64,000 bases of DNA. Origin: a virus (Duplodnaviria; Caudoviricetes). Under the pieces are notes generated by a model. That model ran no database searches. It was not told where the DNA came from and saw only the letters and a list, made by a program, of their open reading frames with translations. Every line of letters begins with the position of its first letter. The first letter of the stretch is position 1. The position numbers and the translations under genes are program-made. This document shows, piece after piece, positions 8,845 to 18,652 of the stretch. The stretch is from IMG/VR virus record IMGVR_UViG_3300033121_000719, positions 32,001 to 96,000 of that record; one strand, written 5' to 3'.

Positions 8845-10934
8845 TGAGTAATTGTTTAATTTTACAAACTAAAACAAAAGTATTTTTTGGATCAGATACA
8901 GCTCTCACAACAAAAATAAAAGATGAATATATTAGAGTGAGTAAAAATCAAGAAAAAATATATACATTTAAAAATGGGATTATGTTTTGTTCTGGAAATA
9001 ATTTTTATGTTGATAAAATAGTTTCATATTTTTCTAATGTTAAATGGTTGGATCAAAATAATATATCACTATTTATAAAAGAATTAAATCCTAAAAAAAA
9101 TAAGGAAGTCTTTAATATAGAGATTATTGTAGCGATAATTGAAAAAAATAGTGTATCTGTTTTTCAGATATCTGAATACAATAACTATGACGTTGTAAAA
9201 CTATCAGTTAATGATAACGAAACTAAAGTGTTTTCTGCTGGAATTGAAACCAAAAAATGCGTTGATTTTGCTGTGCATGAATTAAATTTAAAAAACAATG
9301 TATTTGACGTGTATAGAAATGTTTTTAATAAAATAAAATGTGAAAAAATAGGCGGAAACTTACAAGTATACGAAGTATCAAATTCAATAATAAAGCATAT
9401 TGACGAGCCAATTAAAGATGATATTATTCCAAGGATTTCTGTGTATTCAGTAATTGGCGAGGCACTAATTGGCAAAATTTTAGCTGGTAATCAACTTACT
9501 ATTACAAATGATTCCAACACGTTCTATGTTGATGGTTCTGGTGTTTCGTTAACTACATCAAATCTTCAAGGAACTGGAAGAGTTACAATAAATGGACTGA
9601 ATGGAATTAGACTTCAAAAAATAGTTCCTGCTTCTGGAAGTTCTTCTGGAAGTGTAATAAATACATTTTGGGTTGATAGTCAAGGAAACTTACAAATAAC
9701 TGGTAATTTAGTTGCCGCAACTGGAACTTTCAACGGAAGTTTATCAACTGAATTGGGAAGTATTGGTGGGTGGATTATCACTAAAGATGGATTGATGGAT
9801 AATTTAGGTAACTATATCTATAGTGACGGTAGAGTTCATCTTGGTATGCTTGATATAAATGGGTCTACTGCAACTTTCAATGGGTATGTATATGCCGATA
9901 ACTTGGTTGGTCTTATTACTGAAGCTAAGTTGGCTGATGGTAGTGTTACAAATGCTAAAATTAAAAATTTGAGCGCAGACAAGATAAATGCTGGAACGCT
10001 TAGAGCTATCAACATTGAAGGATGCACAATAAGATGGGGTTCAAATAATTCTTATGCTATAATGCGTGATGTTGGAACTGGAGCACTAGAAATATCTTCA
10101 AACAATGTTATACAAATGGTAAATTATAATGGACAAAATGCCAGCGGACTTATTTTAAAGTCAGATGATGCAATTTTTGGCGGAAACTCAAAGACAACTA
10201 TTGGAACTTTATCTTCAAGCACAATAAATCTCAACGGTTCTCTTATGACAAGAGGACAATATGCCCAAACGCAAACCGTATATGTTGGTAATAAAAGAAT
10301 GGTGTTTGTAAATGGATTATTTATGGGTGCTACTGGATGGAATGGCACAACATATCCTCCAACTGAAAGTGGAACTCCAATAACTACAGAACCTAACTTT
10401 ACTTGGACTGAGGGTGGACTAGAGTTTATTGCTGTTGATATAAGTAATGATTGGCAAACGCCTGGCGATTTTTCTAGGAGATTGGATTTATCTTATTCTA
10501 AAATACCAGCGGATTGCTATTATGTTGGTTTAGCTATTTTTAATGCTTCTTCGTATACAACCTTATGGCCTAATCATTTTCAATATGTTCCAAATGGAAA
10601 TTCTTATGATGTTCACACAAATTATAACAATGTAACGCTTGGATTTTGGATTAATAATGATTCTTGGACAGGATTTACAGGATTTTCAATAAGTGGAGAT
10701 GGTAGTGGCTATGAAAGTCCTGCTGCTGCTGTTTATGATTTTTGTAGCAAGAAATCACAAAGTAGTCCTCTTAATATTGGTGATATTTACCTTTCTGGAA
10801 CTATGGAACGTTTTTATGGTGGAGTATATAATTATTTTGAATGGAATAATGATACTATAGATTATAGTGATGGAAGCTGGAATATAGATAATAAAAAAAA
10901 ATGGATGATTTGTGTTAAAAATCCAAACCCATAA
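8844..10934 (+). CDS. Fusion: N-terminal Ntn-hydrolase (proteasome beta-like) domain + C-terminal part of the tail spike protein
   Basis: M-S1-NCLIL..GSD17..EKIY..CSG..SAG..KIGGNLQVYEV, then YSVIGEALIGKILAGNQLTITN and beta-helix tail repeats; RBS GAGGT favours the second ATG at 8844. Confidence 0.7.
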   Translation: MSNCLILQTKTKVFFGSDTALTTKIKDEYIRVSKNQEKIYTFKNGIMFCSGNNFYVDKIVSYFSNVKWLDQNNISLFIKELNPKKNKEVFNIEIIVAIIEKNSVSVFQISEYNNYDVVKLSVNDNETKVFSAGIETKKCVDFAVHELNLKNNVFDVYRNVFNKIKCEKIGGNLQVYEVSNSIIKHIDEPIKDDIIPRISVYSVIGEALIGKILAGNQLTITNDSNTFYVDGSGVSLTTSNLQGTGRVTINGLNGIRLQKIVPASGSSSGSVINTFWVDSQGNLQITGNLVAATGTFNGSLSTELGSIGGWIITKDGLMDNLGNYIYSDGRVHLGMLDINGSTATFNGYVYADNLVGLITEAKLADGSVTNAKIKNLSADKINAGTLRAINIEGCTIRWGSNNSYAIMRDVGTGALEISSNNVIQMVNYNGQNASGLILKSDDAIFGGNSKTTIGTLSSSTINLNGSLMTRGQYAQTQTVYVGNKRMVFVNGLFMGATGWNGTTYPPTESGTPITTEPNFTWTEGGLEFIAVDISNDWQTPGDFSRRLDLSYSKIPADCYYVGLAIFNASSYTTLWPNHFQYVPNGNSYDVHTNYNNVTLGFWINNDSWTGFTGFSISGDGSGYESPAAAVYDFCSKKSQSSPLNIGDIYLSGTMERFYGGVYNYFEWNNDTIDYSDGSWNIDNKKKWMICVKNPNP

Positions 10935-10946
10935 AAGGATAAAAGG

Positions 10947-11138
10947 ATGCAATACATTTTAGATGAAAATATGAAAAAAATATTATGTGATAGTTTGTTA
11001 TATCTTGATAAGGTTTCAATAGCAGGATGTCAAAATATCCTGCTATTGTCACAAAGTATCGCAAGAATACAAACAGTTATTGATGAACTGGACAAACAAG
11101 ATGTTCCAATAAACGTTACTCAGGAGATAAAAAAATGA
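10947..11138 (+). CDS. Small hypothetical protein (tail module)
   Basis: ORF with RBS, coupled to the next gene. Confidence 0.5.
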   Translation: MQYILDENMKKILCDSLLYLDKVSIAGCQNILLLSQSIARIQTVIDELDKQDVPINVTQEIKK

Positions 11139-11485
11139 CTGATGCTGTAAAAAGAATTCCTGATATTCCTCTAGTTGCTGGCGGAAAACAAAGGATTTAT
11201 TTTAATAATTATGATGCCAATGGAAATATAGCAGACATAAGTTCTACTGTTGGCGTTTATGTTTCAATATGGAGATATGGTGATTCTAGTGGTTCAGCAA
11301 TTTTAAAAAAGACTGGAACAAAGACTGGTTCTGCTGTACCATATCAATTCTATATTGATTTTGCCACTAATGATACAAAAGATTTGTATGGAGCTTATCA
11401 GTTTCAAACCATACTTATTGATTCGACAGGCAACGAAATAAGAAATAATACAGGGCGATTTATATTTGACCCTAGAATACCATAG
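11135..11485 (+). CDS. BppU-like/Ig-like virion accessory protein
   Basis: Beta-rich; DTKDLYGAYQFQ motif; tail context. Confidence 0.5.
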   Translation: MTDAVKRIPDIPLVAGGKQRIYFNNYDANGNIADISSTVGVYVSIWRYGDSSGSAILKKTGTKTGSAVPYQFYIDFATNDTKDLYGAYQFQTILIDSTGNEIRNNTGRFIFDPRIP

Positions 11486-11494
11486 GAGGTAGAA

Positions 11495-11911
11495 ATGGGT
11501 GTAAGTAGATTATGTGCAGATTCAGTTAATGATTTGCTTTTAGGTAGTATTAGTTTTTCAGTTCCTGCGACATGGTATGTTGCTTTAAGCACTACCCATA
11601 TTTCAAGTTCTGGAAGTGGACTTACTGAACCATCAAGTGGTTCTTATGCTAGAGTTGCTGTTACAAATAGTTTATCTAATTTCACAACTTCTTCTAGCGG
11701 CAGTAAAGTTAATATTAATGCTATAACTTTCAACGAAGCGACTTCAGCTTGGGGAACAGTTCTTGATGTTGCATTAGTTGACAGTTCAGGTTCAGCCGCA
11801 AATGTCTGGTATTATCAGGCTTTAGCTGACCCAAAAATTATTCAATCAGGAGCGACATTTAATTTTCCAGCAGGAACTCTACAATTTAGTGTTTCAGGAA
11901 GTCCTCTATAA
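11495..11911 (+). CDS. Phage tail fibre/structural protein
   Basis: WYVALST..EPS.GSYARVAV..ITFNEAT.AWGTV motif common in phage tail proteins. Confidence 0.7.
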   Translation: MGVSRLCADSVNDLLLGSISFSVPATWYVALSTTHISSSGSGLTEPSSGSYARVAVTNSLSNFTTSSSGSKVNINAITFNEATSAWGTVLDVALVDSSGSAANVWYYQALADPKIIQSGATFNFPAGTLQFSVSGSPL

Positions 11912-11923
11912 AGGAGGATAAAG

Positions 11924-12481
11924 ATGTCAACAGATATAGTAGTTAATGTAATAAAACAGGAAGATGTATGTGTAGATGTTTTATACATTACTGAATTTTC
12001 AGTTTGTGCATTATATCAAACTGAAATGACGATAGATATTGACGCTAGTTCATTTGACGTAATAACATCTTCTTTTTTGAAAATAGTTTATCATATTGAT
12101 ATGACAATCAATAATTTAATAAATTATTTAAATGAAAGATCAGCTAAAATAATTATTCCAGATGTTGTGATTAGCGTTCAAAACAAAATATTAGAAAATG
12201 TAAGGAATAATATCGTTGTATTTCCAAATACAACGATATTTGCAACACCAAAATCAACATTAAAGGCTAGTAATGAAACAATAATATTTCCCAATACTGA
12301 ACTTCTAATTTATCCAAAACAAACAATTAATGTTAGTTGTAAAATAATTATACCAGATGTGGTTATAAGTGGAAGTCCAAGAAAATTTGGATATTATTAT
12401 TTATCTGATTGGGATAATACATATTTTGGCGACATTGACAACTTATATTTATCAGAAATTGAAACATATGATATTCCATAG
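11924..12481 (+). CDS. Hypothetical virion protein
   Basis: Strong RBS; internal repeat KIIIPDVVIS. Confidence 0.5.
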   Translation: MSTDIVVNVIKQEDVCVDVLYITEFSVCALYQTEMTIDIDASSFDVITSSFLKIVYHIDMTINNLINYLNERSAKIIIPDVVISVQNKILENVRNNIVVFPNTTIFATPKSTLKASNETIIFPNTELLIYPKQTINVSCKIIIPDVVISGSPRKFGYYYLSDWDNTYFGDIDNLYLSEIETYDIP

Positions 12482-12495
12482 AAAGGAGGTTTTTA

Positions 12496-13596
12496 ATGGG
12501 TTTAACACCAAATTTAGGCTTAACAACCTATGATGTTTCAGAGGGAGCATCTACAAAAGTTATTAATTGGAGACAAGTAATTAGCGGAAGTCCTTCTGAC
12601 ATGACAAAAATAGATGATTGGGCTGGAAATATTAATGAGATCATTTCCGTATTAAGAACCTCCAACGGAATAAATCCAGTAATTGGAAGTATAGTATCAT
12701 CTGATAGTGGCTCTTCTTATTATGAAGCTGGCTCTAATAATATAACCCTATATTATGATGGACTTATGATTGAATTTGTTCCAAACACAACCAGCTCTGG
12801 TTGTGTTTTATTAGATATAAATGGATTAGGTGTAAGAAGTTTATATAAACAAAATTCAGATGGAACTCAATCTAATTTAATATCAGGCGATTTACAAGCA
12901 TATCATGGCTATTTATTCAGATATAGTTCTGTAAATGATGCTTGGATTTATGATTTGTCTTTTATTGGTTATTTGACAGGCGGTCATGTTATTCAAGTAA
13001 ATAGTGGTTCTACTGTTCAAAGAAACTATTTAAATATTAAATCTGGTAGCAATATTACATTGAGTTACGAAGATAATACGTCTGGAAGTTTAACAGATAT
13101 TACTATTAGTGGTAGTAATACTTATCATACAATTTCTGGTTCAAGTGGTTCACAATTAGCATTTCAACCTGTTTTAAAATTTACGGGTGATGGTGTAACA
13201 AGTGTAGTTAACTCTGCTGGTTCAACAGTAGTGACAATTACTGCTGGTTCATATAGTGGTAGCTCTACAGGTGGTGGGCATGTAATTGTTGATTCTAGTG
13301 GTTCAATTATGCCACAAGAAACTAAATTAAAATTTGTAGGTGCAACAGTCACCGATTCGAGCGGTAGCACAATAGTGACAATTACTACTGGTTCATCAAG
13401 TGGAAGTTCCACTATTGATGGACATATTATAATAAGTGATACTGAGACATTAACGCAAAGACCAAAAATGAAGTTTACTGGAACTGGTGTGAGCGTAGCA
13501 GATGATTCTAGTGGAAGTACAATAGTTACCATTACTGCTGGAAGTGGTGTGCCATCCTCATCAGTAGATTTTTTGATAGTTCAAATATTTTCATAA
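12496..13596 (+). CDS. Ser/Gly-rich tail fibre-like protein with ~50-aa internal repeats
   Basis: TPNLGL N-terminus; repeated GH(V/I)I..LKF.G..V.DSSGSTIVTIT; N-terminus paralogous to the 14593 ORF. Confidence 0.7.
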   Translation: MGLTPNLGLTTYDVSEGASTKVINWRQVISGSPSDMTKIDDWAGNINEIISVLRTSNGINPVIGSIVSSDSGSSYYEAGSNNITLYYDGLMIEFVPNTTSSGCVLLDINGLGVRSLYKQNSDGTQSNLISGDLQAYHGYLFRYSSVNDAWIYDLSFIGYLTGGHVIQVNSGSTVQRNYLNIKSGSNITLSYEDNTSGSLTDITISGSNTYHTISGSSGSQLAFQPVLKFTGDGVTSVVNSAGSTVVTITAGSYSGSSTGGGHVIVDSSGSIMPQETKLKFVGATVTDSSGSTIVTITTGSSSGSSTIDGHIIISDTETLTQRPKMKFTGTGVSVADDSSGSTIVTITAGSGVPSSSVDFLIVQIFS

Positions 13597-13606
13597 AGGA
13601 GTAAAA

Positions 13607-13963
13607 ATGGCAACAGCAGTAAAAAGATTATTGTCTGGTTCTACTGGTGGTGATGGAATCATGGTATCAGGTTCAGCAACAGCTACAGCGGTAACTGTTC
13701 ATACCGCCACTTCAAGCACTACACAAGGAACATACGATGAAATATGGCTATGGGCGTTTAATTTAGATTCGTCTAATGTTTCATTAACACTTGAATACGG
13801 TAGTAGTACAACAAATACATTAATAGTTTCAATTCCTGCACAATCTGGATTAATACCAATCTTGCCTGGATTGATTCTTCAAAACTCGTTAACTATAAAA
13901 GCATTTGCGACAACAATAAATAAAGTTGTACTAGTTGGTTTTGTGAATAGGATGACTGATTAA
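13607..13963 (+). CDS. Small virion structural protein
   Basis: TVHTA..DEIWLWA.N..GFVNR; beta-rich; RBS. Confidence 0.55.
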   Translation: MATAVKRLLSGSTGGDGIMVSGSATATAVTVHTATSSTTQGTYDEIWLWAFNLDSSNVSLTLEYGSSTTNTLIVSIPAQSGLIPILPGLILQNSLTIKAFATTINKVVLVGFVNRMTD

Positions 13964-13964
13964 T

Positions 13965-14504
13965 ATGAGTATAGATTTTGCTCCACATGACATGACAAGT
14001 AATAGTTCACATTCGCCATTTATTGCGTCTGTTTCATCATATTATTCTGGTGATTTTATGGCTAAAAATGCGTTCAATGCAAGCATAACAAGTCCATTAT
14101 CTTATTGGGTTGCTTCAACATCAACAGGATGGCTTATGTTGTTTACGGGAGGTAATAGATATGTTTTAAATAGTTATGCCATTGCCGCAAATACAATTCC
14201 TGAACCTTCTAGGATGCCCAAAAATTTTACAATGCAAATTAGTGATGATGGCGTAACATGGGTTATAGCTGACACTAGAACAAATCAAACATCTTGGGGG
14301 TCTGGAGAAATTAGAGCTTTTGATTGTGCATCTCCAACGGTAGGTAGGTATTTTAAATTAAATGTAACAGCTAATAATGGAGATGGTGTATTGGTTGTTC
14401 AAGAATTGTATTTATATGGAGATGTTGCATCAGCACCTGCCTGTTACTTAAAAGGAAGAAATAGGAATAGGACAGATTTTAGAGGTGTTTCATTATCATT
14501 ATAA
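13965..14504 (+). CDS. Discoidin (F5/8 type C)-like domain protein
   Basis: MTSNS..ASVSS..KNAFN..W..MPKNFTMQISDDGVTW..RYFKLNVTANNG. Confidence 0.75.
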   Translation: MSIDFAPHDMTSNSSHSPFIASVSSYYSGDFMAKNAFNASITSPLSYWVASTSTGWLMLFTGGNRYVLNSYAIAANTIPEPSRMPKNFTMQISDDGVTWVIADTRTNQTSWGSGEIRAFDCASPTVGRYFKLNVTANNGDGVLVVQELYLYGDVASAPACYLKGRNRNRTDFRGVSLSL

Positions 14505-14592
14505 CGAAAAGTGAATTTTATTACAATATATATAGCGACATACAGGTTTTAAATAACTTAAGACCCATGTGCGAACATATTAGAAAGGAGGC

Positions 14593-17500
14593 TTGATGAC
14601 AACTACACCATTTTTAGGTTTAGATATTTATACTATTGCTTCTGGTTCTCTAACCAAAGTCGTAGATTGGCGTAATGCTATAGCAGGAACAAATAGCAAT
14701 ATGACAGATATTGATACTTGGGCTAGTGGTATTAGTGGTTCTGTAACAGGACTATTATCGTCTTATGGTATTTCACCTGTATCTGCTAGTTTAGTTAGTA
14801 CAGGAAGTTTTTCAAGTTATTATGAAGCAAGTTCTAATTCTATTGTGAACTATGCTGACGGTATGATGATGGAGTTTATACCTAATTCCACAAACTCAGG
14901 TAGTGTGACATTGAACATCAATGGGTTAGGAGTTAGGAGTTTATATAAAGTAAATTCTGATGGAACGCAAAGTTACATGCAAGCAGGTGATTTGGTTTCG
15001 TATAGAGGTTACTTATATAGATATAGTTCAGTAAATAATGCTTGGTTGGCTGATATGGTTTTAGTTGGCTATAATCAAGCAGGACACTTAATTAAAGTTG
15101 GTAGTGGTTCAACTGTTGTCAGACCTGTTTTAAACTTTATTGCTGGTAGTGGTGTAAGTGTTACTTACTTTGATAATGTTACAGGAAGTGCTATTGATTT
15201 GACAATAAACAGCAACGGACATACTATAATTAACTCTAGTGGTAGTGCTTTTGTTCAAAGACAAAACTTAAAGTTTGTTGGTGCAACCGTATCTGACAGT
15301 AGTGGTTCAACAATTGTTACTATTACTGGTGGAAGTTCTGTTTCTGGAAGCTCGCCTTATTATTTAAGTTCAGGGATAACTGGAAGTCAAATAAACATAA
15401 CAGACAACAACAATGGAACTGCGACATTTACTGGTGGTAGTGTATTGTTATATGATAACCCATATTTCTTAGGAAATGTGTCTAAATATTATGTATCTGG
15501 CTCAACGTTTACCTTTACAGATGGGGCAGAGGAATATGTTGCAATAAAATATAATTCTGGTAGTCCTTATATGTATAAGGAAACTAATATAAATAATTTG
15601 AATTATAGTGACACGGTTGCAGTGTTGACTTGTTGGAGAGTTGGAAATACAGTACATTCTTTAAATTTGGATAGCACAGGTGATGGATTATCAAATAAAC
15701 AACAAACAACAGATTACAGAACTGACCTTTATAGAATTGACTATAATGGAGGCATGTTAATATCTGAATCTATTACGCCCAACCCAAGAACTGTTGTCGT
15801 AACTGGCGCAACCGTTTATGCGGCCAATATTCCTCAAACTGTGGGTGCGTTTAATTCAAGCACAGATACAATGACTTTAGTCTATCACTCTAGCGGTAGC
15901 TGGTTATATACAAATGAATTAGTGTATAACAATACTCAATATGATGATGGCACAAATTTACAGTCAATTCCACTAAATAAATGGGCAGTTCGCTGGTTCT
16001 ATCGCTCCATTGGAGATGTAAAACAGGTGTTTTATGTTTTAGGTGATGCAACATATAATAAACAAGCAGATGCAGAATCTTTATCAATACCTAGAACGGA
16101 TTTACCACCTGTTATAAAAAGACATTGTATCTTGATTGGTAGGTCAACTATTCAATTAAATGCAACAAGTGGTAATATGGAGTATTTAGCAAGTGCGCCT
16201 TTAGCTGGACAAGCTACAATTAGTCATAATGACACAACAAACATACAAGGTGGAGATTCTGGAAGTTCTCAGTATTATCATTTGAATTTATCAGATTACA
16301 CTATGGCTACATCTTCAGGTTCTATTACAAAAGAGCCAACTGGTTTCTTATATCCTGAATCTGTAATTATATCATATGACTCAACAGCGAGAACGATTTC
16401 TATTTCAGGCTCTACTACAGCATACTGGCAAGGAAAACCAATAAGTGCATTATCTGGTAGTTATGTTTCAGGTTCTCATACAAACTCTGCTGGCGTATAT
16501 TATTTTTATTATGATAGTGGTAGTTTTGTTTGGTCTACGAGTCCTTGGTCTTTTGATAAATTACAGATTGCATATGTAAGTTATTCAGCGGATAATAAAT
16601 ATGGCATGAGAGAATGTCATGGAATAATGCAATGGCAAACACATAAAGAATTACATGACACTATAGGTACATATAAAAATTCTGGTGGAGATATTACTGG
16701 CGTAAATTTTGGTTCAACGACAGCTACAGATAGACGACCCGTTGTTTCTGCTACATCAATATATGATGAAGATATGTTGACTACTTTGTCGTCCTTGACA
16801 AGTGGGAGTTATACTAAATACTTCTTGTCAGGTTCATCAATAAACAGTGGTTCGTTCATTGTTGAAACAGCAGAAATCGTACCTCTCTCTGGCAACAATC
16901 CTTACTATAATTCGTATACTGCTCCAAATTGGGGTCAAACCCTAATGGCAAATAATTCGTATATGAGTGTATGGTTGGTTGCTATGCCAATGGCGTCTGA
17001 TACTACTAGCCAAAAATATAGATATTTATGGATTCAGGGACAGAGCAACGGAAACCTTTCTTCGCAACAAGCATTGAGTCCAGCTTCTTTAAATCTTGGT
17101 GGATTGAGTGCAAGATCACCTGAATTTGTATTTTTAGCACAATTTATTTTACAGTATACGGGTGGAAACTGGAATATCAATAGTATCGTAAATCTAACTG
17201 GAAATAAATTAAATCAGGTTGGTAGTGCTGGTGGGACATATTTAACTGGTGTAACAACGAGTGGTTCAAACTTAATTGGAACAGGGACACCAACGAGTCC
17301 ATTAGGATTATACATTCAAGGCAACTTAAATGAAATCCCCGTTTTATCCACAGGTGGAAGTGGTTTACAGAGTTCTGGAAGTTCTGTAGCGCAAATAGTG
17401 GCTAGAACTAGAGACATATTGAGTGCTGACCGCACTTATTATGTAAATCCAACTACGGGTAGTGATACTTATAGTGGACTAAGTTCTGGTTCTGCTTTTG

Positions 17501-18174
17501 CAACAATTCAAAAAGCAATGAATGTTGTAGGAACATTAGATATTGGTTTATATAATGTTACAATTCAATTAGCTGATGGAACATATGCAGAAAATGTTGT
17601 TGCAAAGCCTTGTGTTGGTGCTGGAACAATAACTCTTAAGGGCAATTCTGTAACTCCTGCAAATGTTAACATAGCAAAATCTACGGGGACTTTAATTCAA
17701 GTATCATATTGTCCTCAAAATTGGGTTATTAGAGATTTAAAATTATCTGGTTCAATTGTAGGTTCAACTACTGGAATTATTGTTAGTGGTGGAAATACTC
17801 AAGTTGGTATTGCTAATATCGTGTTTAACGGAAACTTTATTGATATTAACGCCGCCGTTGGTGGACAAGTTAATGTAATTGGTGATTATAGTATTACCGC
17901 TGGAATGAATTGTCATTGGTTGGCTGGAACAAGTGCTGTAATTAATGCGTCAAACAAAGCAATATCAATAAGTGGTTCTCCTGCAATTGGAAGTGTTTTT
18001 GTACTCTGTCAAATGCTTGGAGTAATTAACACCTATAATTGTACTTTTGGATATATGACAGGCACAAGATATATAGTTACAACTAATGGCATTATCTGGA
18101 CAAACGGCGGTGGAGCTGCTTATTTTGCTGGAACTGTAGCTGGTTCAACTGGAACAGGAGGACAGTATGTCTAA
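14593..18174 (+). CDS. Large tail fibre/receptor-binding protein with C-terminal beta-helix
   Basis: 1193 aa; RTYYVNPTTGSD..AFATIQKA..TIQLADGTYAE motif; SGS-rich. Confidence 0.8.
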   Translation: MMTTTPFLGLDIYTIASGSLTKVVDWRNAIAGTNSNMTDIDTWASGISGSVTGLLSSYGISPVSASLVSTGSFSSYYEASSNSIVNYADGMMMEFIPNSTNSGSVTLNINGLGVRSLYKVNSDGTQSYMQAGDLVSYRGYLYRYSSVNNAWLADMVLVGYNQAGHLIKVGSGSTVVRPVLNFIAGSGVSVTYFDNVTGSAIDLTINSNGHTIINSSGSAFVQRQNLKFVGATVSDSSGSTIVTITGGSSVSGSSPYYLSSGITGSQINITDNNNGTATFTGGSVLLYDNPYFLGNVSKYYVSGSTFTFTDGAEEYVAIKYNSGSPYMYKETNINNLNYSDTVAVLTCWRVGNTVHSLNLDSTGDGLSNKQQTTDYRTDLYRIDYNGGMLISESITPNPRTVVVTGATVYAANIPQTVGAFNSSTDTMTLVYHSSGSWLYTNELVYNNTQYDDGTNLQSIPLNKWAVRWFYRSIGDVKQVFYVLGDATYNKQADAESLSIPRTDLPPVIKRHCILIGRSTIQLNATSGNMEYLASAPLAGQATISHNDTTNIQGGDSGSSQYYHLNLSDYTMATSSGSITKEPTGFLYPESVIISYDSTARTISISGSTTAYWQGKPISALSGSYVSGSHTNSAGVYYFYYDSGSFVWSTSPWSFDKLQIAYVSYSADNKYGMRECHGIMQWQTHKELHDTIGTYKNSGGDITGVNFGSTTATDRRPVVSATSIYDEDMLTTLSSLTSGSYTKYFLSGSSINSGSFIVETAEIVPLSGNNPYYNSYTAPNWGQTLMANNSYMSVWLVAMPMASDTTSQKYRYLWIQGQSNGNLSSQQALSPASLNLGGLSARSPEFVFLAQFILQYTGGNWNINSIVNLTGNKLNQVGSAGGTYLTGVTTSGSNLIGTGTPTSPLGLYIQGNLNEIPVLSTGGSGLQSSGSSVAQIVARTRDILSADRTYYVNPTTGSDTYSGLSSGSAFATIQKAMNVVGTLDIGLYNVTIQLADGTYAENVVAKPCVGAGTITLKGNSVTPANVNIAKSTGTLIQVSYCPQNWVIRDLKLSGSIVGSTTGIIVSGGNTQVGIANIVFNGNFIDINAAVGGQVNVIGDYSITAGMNCHWLAGTSAVINASNKAISISGSPAIGSVFVLCQMLGVINTYNCTFGYMTGTRYIVTTNGIIWTNGGGAAYFAGTVAGSTGTGGQYV

Positions 18175-18454
18175 TATTCATTTTGATATGATGGATATTG
18201 AATTTGATATGGAAGAAGGATTATTGTACTATATTACTAATGGTTTGTCTTTATTTAACGTAACTGGAGACGTCCTTATGAATGAAATTTTAGCAGGACG
18301 TTATCGTGTCATAGGTGGCGACAATAACGATGCTTTTACATTGTTGGGACTAACCACTCCTGTAAAAATTGAAGAAAGAGTGGCAGCACTTGAAGCAGAA
18401 AATGAATCCCTAAAACAAGTTATTCAGGAGATGTTAACAAATGTCAGCAATTAG
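18167..18454 (+). CDS. Small tail-associated protein/chaperone
   Basis: C-terminal IEERVAALE coiled coil; follows the fibre gene. Confidence 0.5.
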   Translation: MSNIHFDMMDIEFDMEEGLLYYITNGLSLFNVTGDVLMNEILAGRYRVIGGDNNDAFTLLGLTTPVKIEERVAALEAENESLKQVIQEMLTNVSN

Positions 18455-18610
18455 TGATTTTTTAGACAAACGTGTGTCAAAAGGAAAGATGACAAGAGAA
18501 CAAGCTGATTTAGCACTAACCAATTTTACAAAAGAAAAAAAAGATATTAAAAAAATAAACGATATTGTTAAAAGGCTTGAAAAACTAGAAAAGAAATAAG
18601 TATTTTTATA

Positions 18611-18633
18611 AGGGAGTTGAAATATACTCCCCT
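18611..18633 (+). terminator. Stem-loop before the lysis genes
   Basis: gggagt-tgaaatat-actccc. Confidence 0.45.
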
Positions 18634-18652
18634 ATAATCTAAAAAGGAAGAT

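Noticed and set aside
7584-9443. Group I intron or split intein explaining the interrupted tail gene
   Set aside because: The ORFs overlap, leaving no non-coding ribozyme core. No P/Q/R/S elements and no intein C1 or HN|C/S/T motifs were found.
12496-18174. Diversity-generating retroelement or invertible tail-fibre shufflon
   Set aside because: No reverse transcriptase, no adenine-specific TR/VR pair and no inverted fibre cassettes were seen; the similarity is diverged paralogy.
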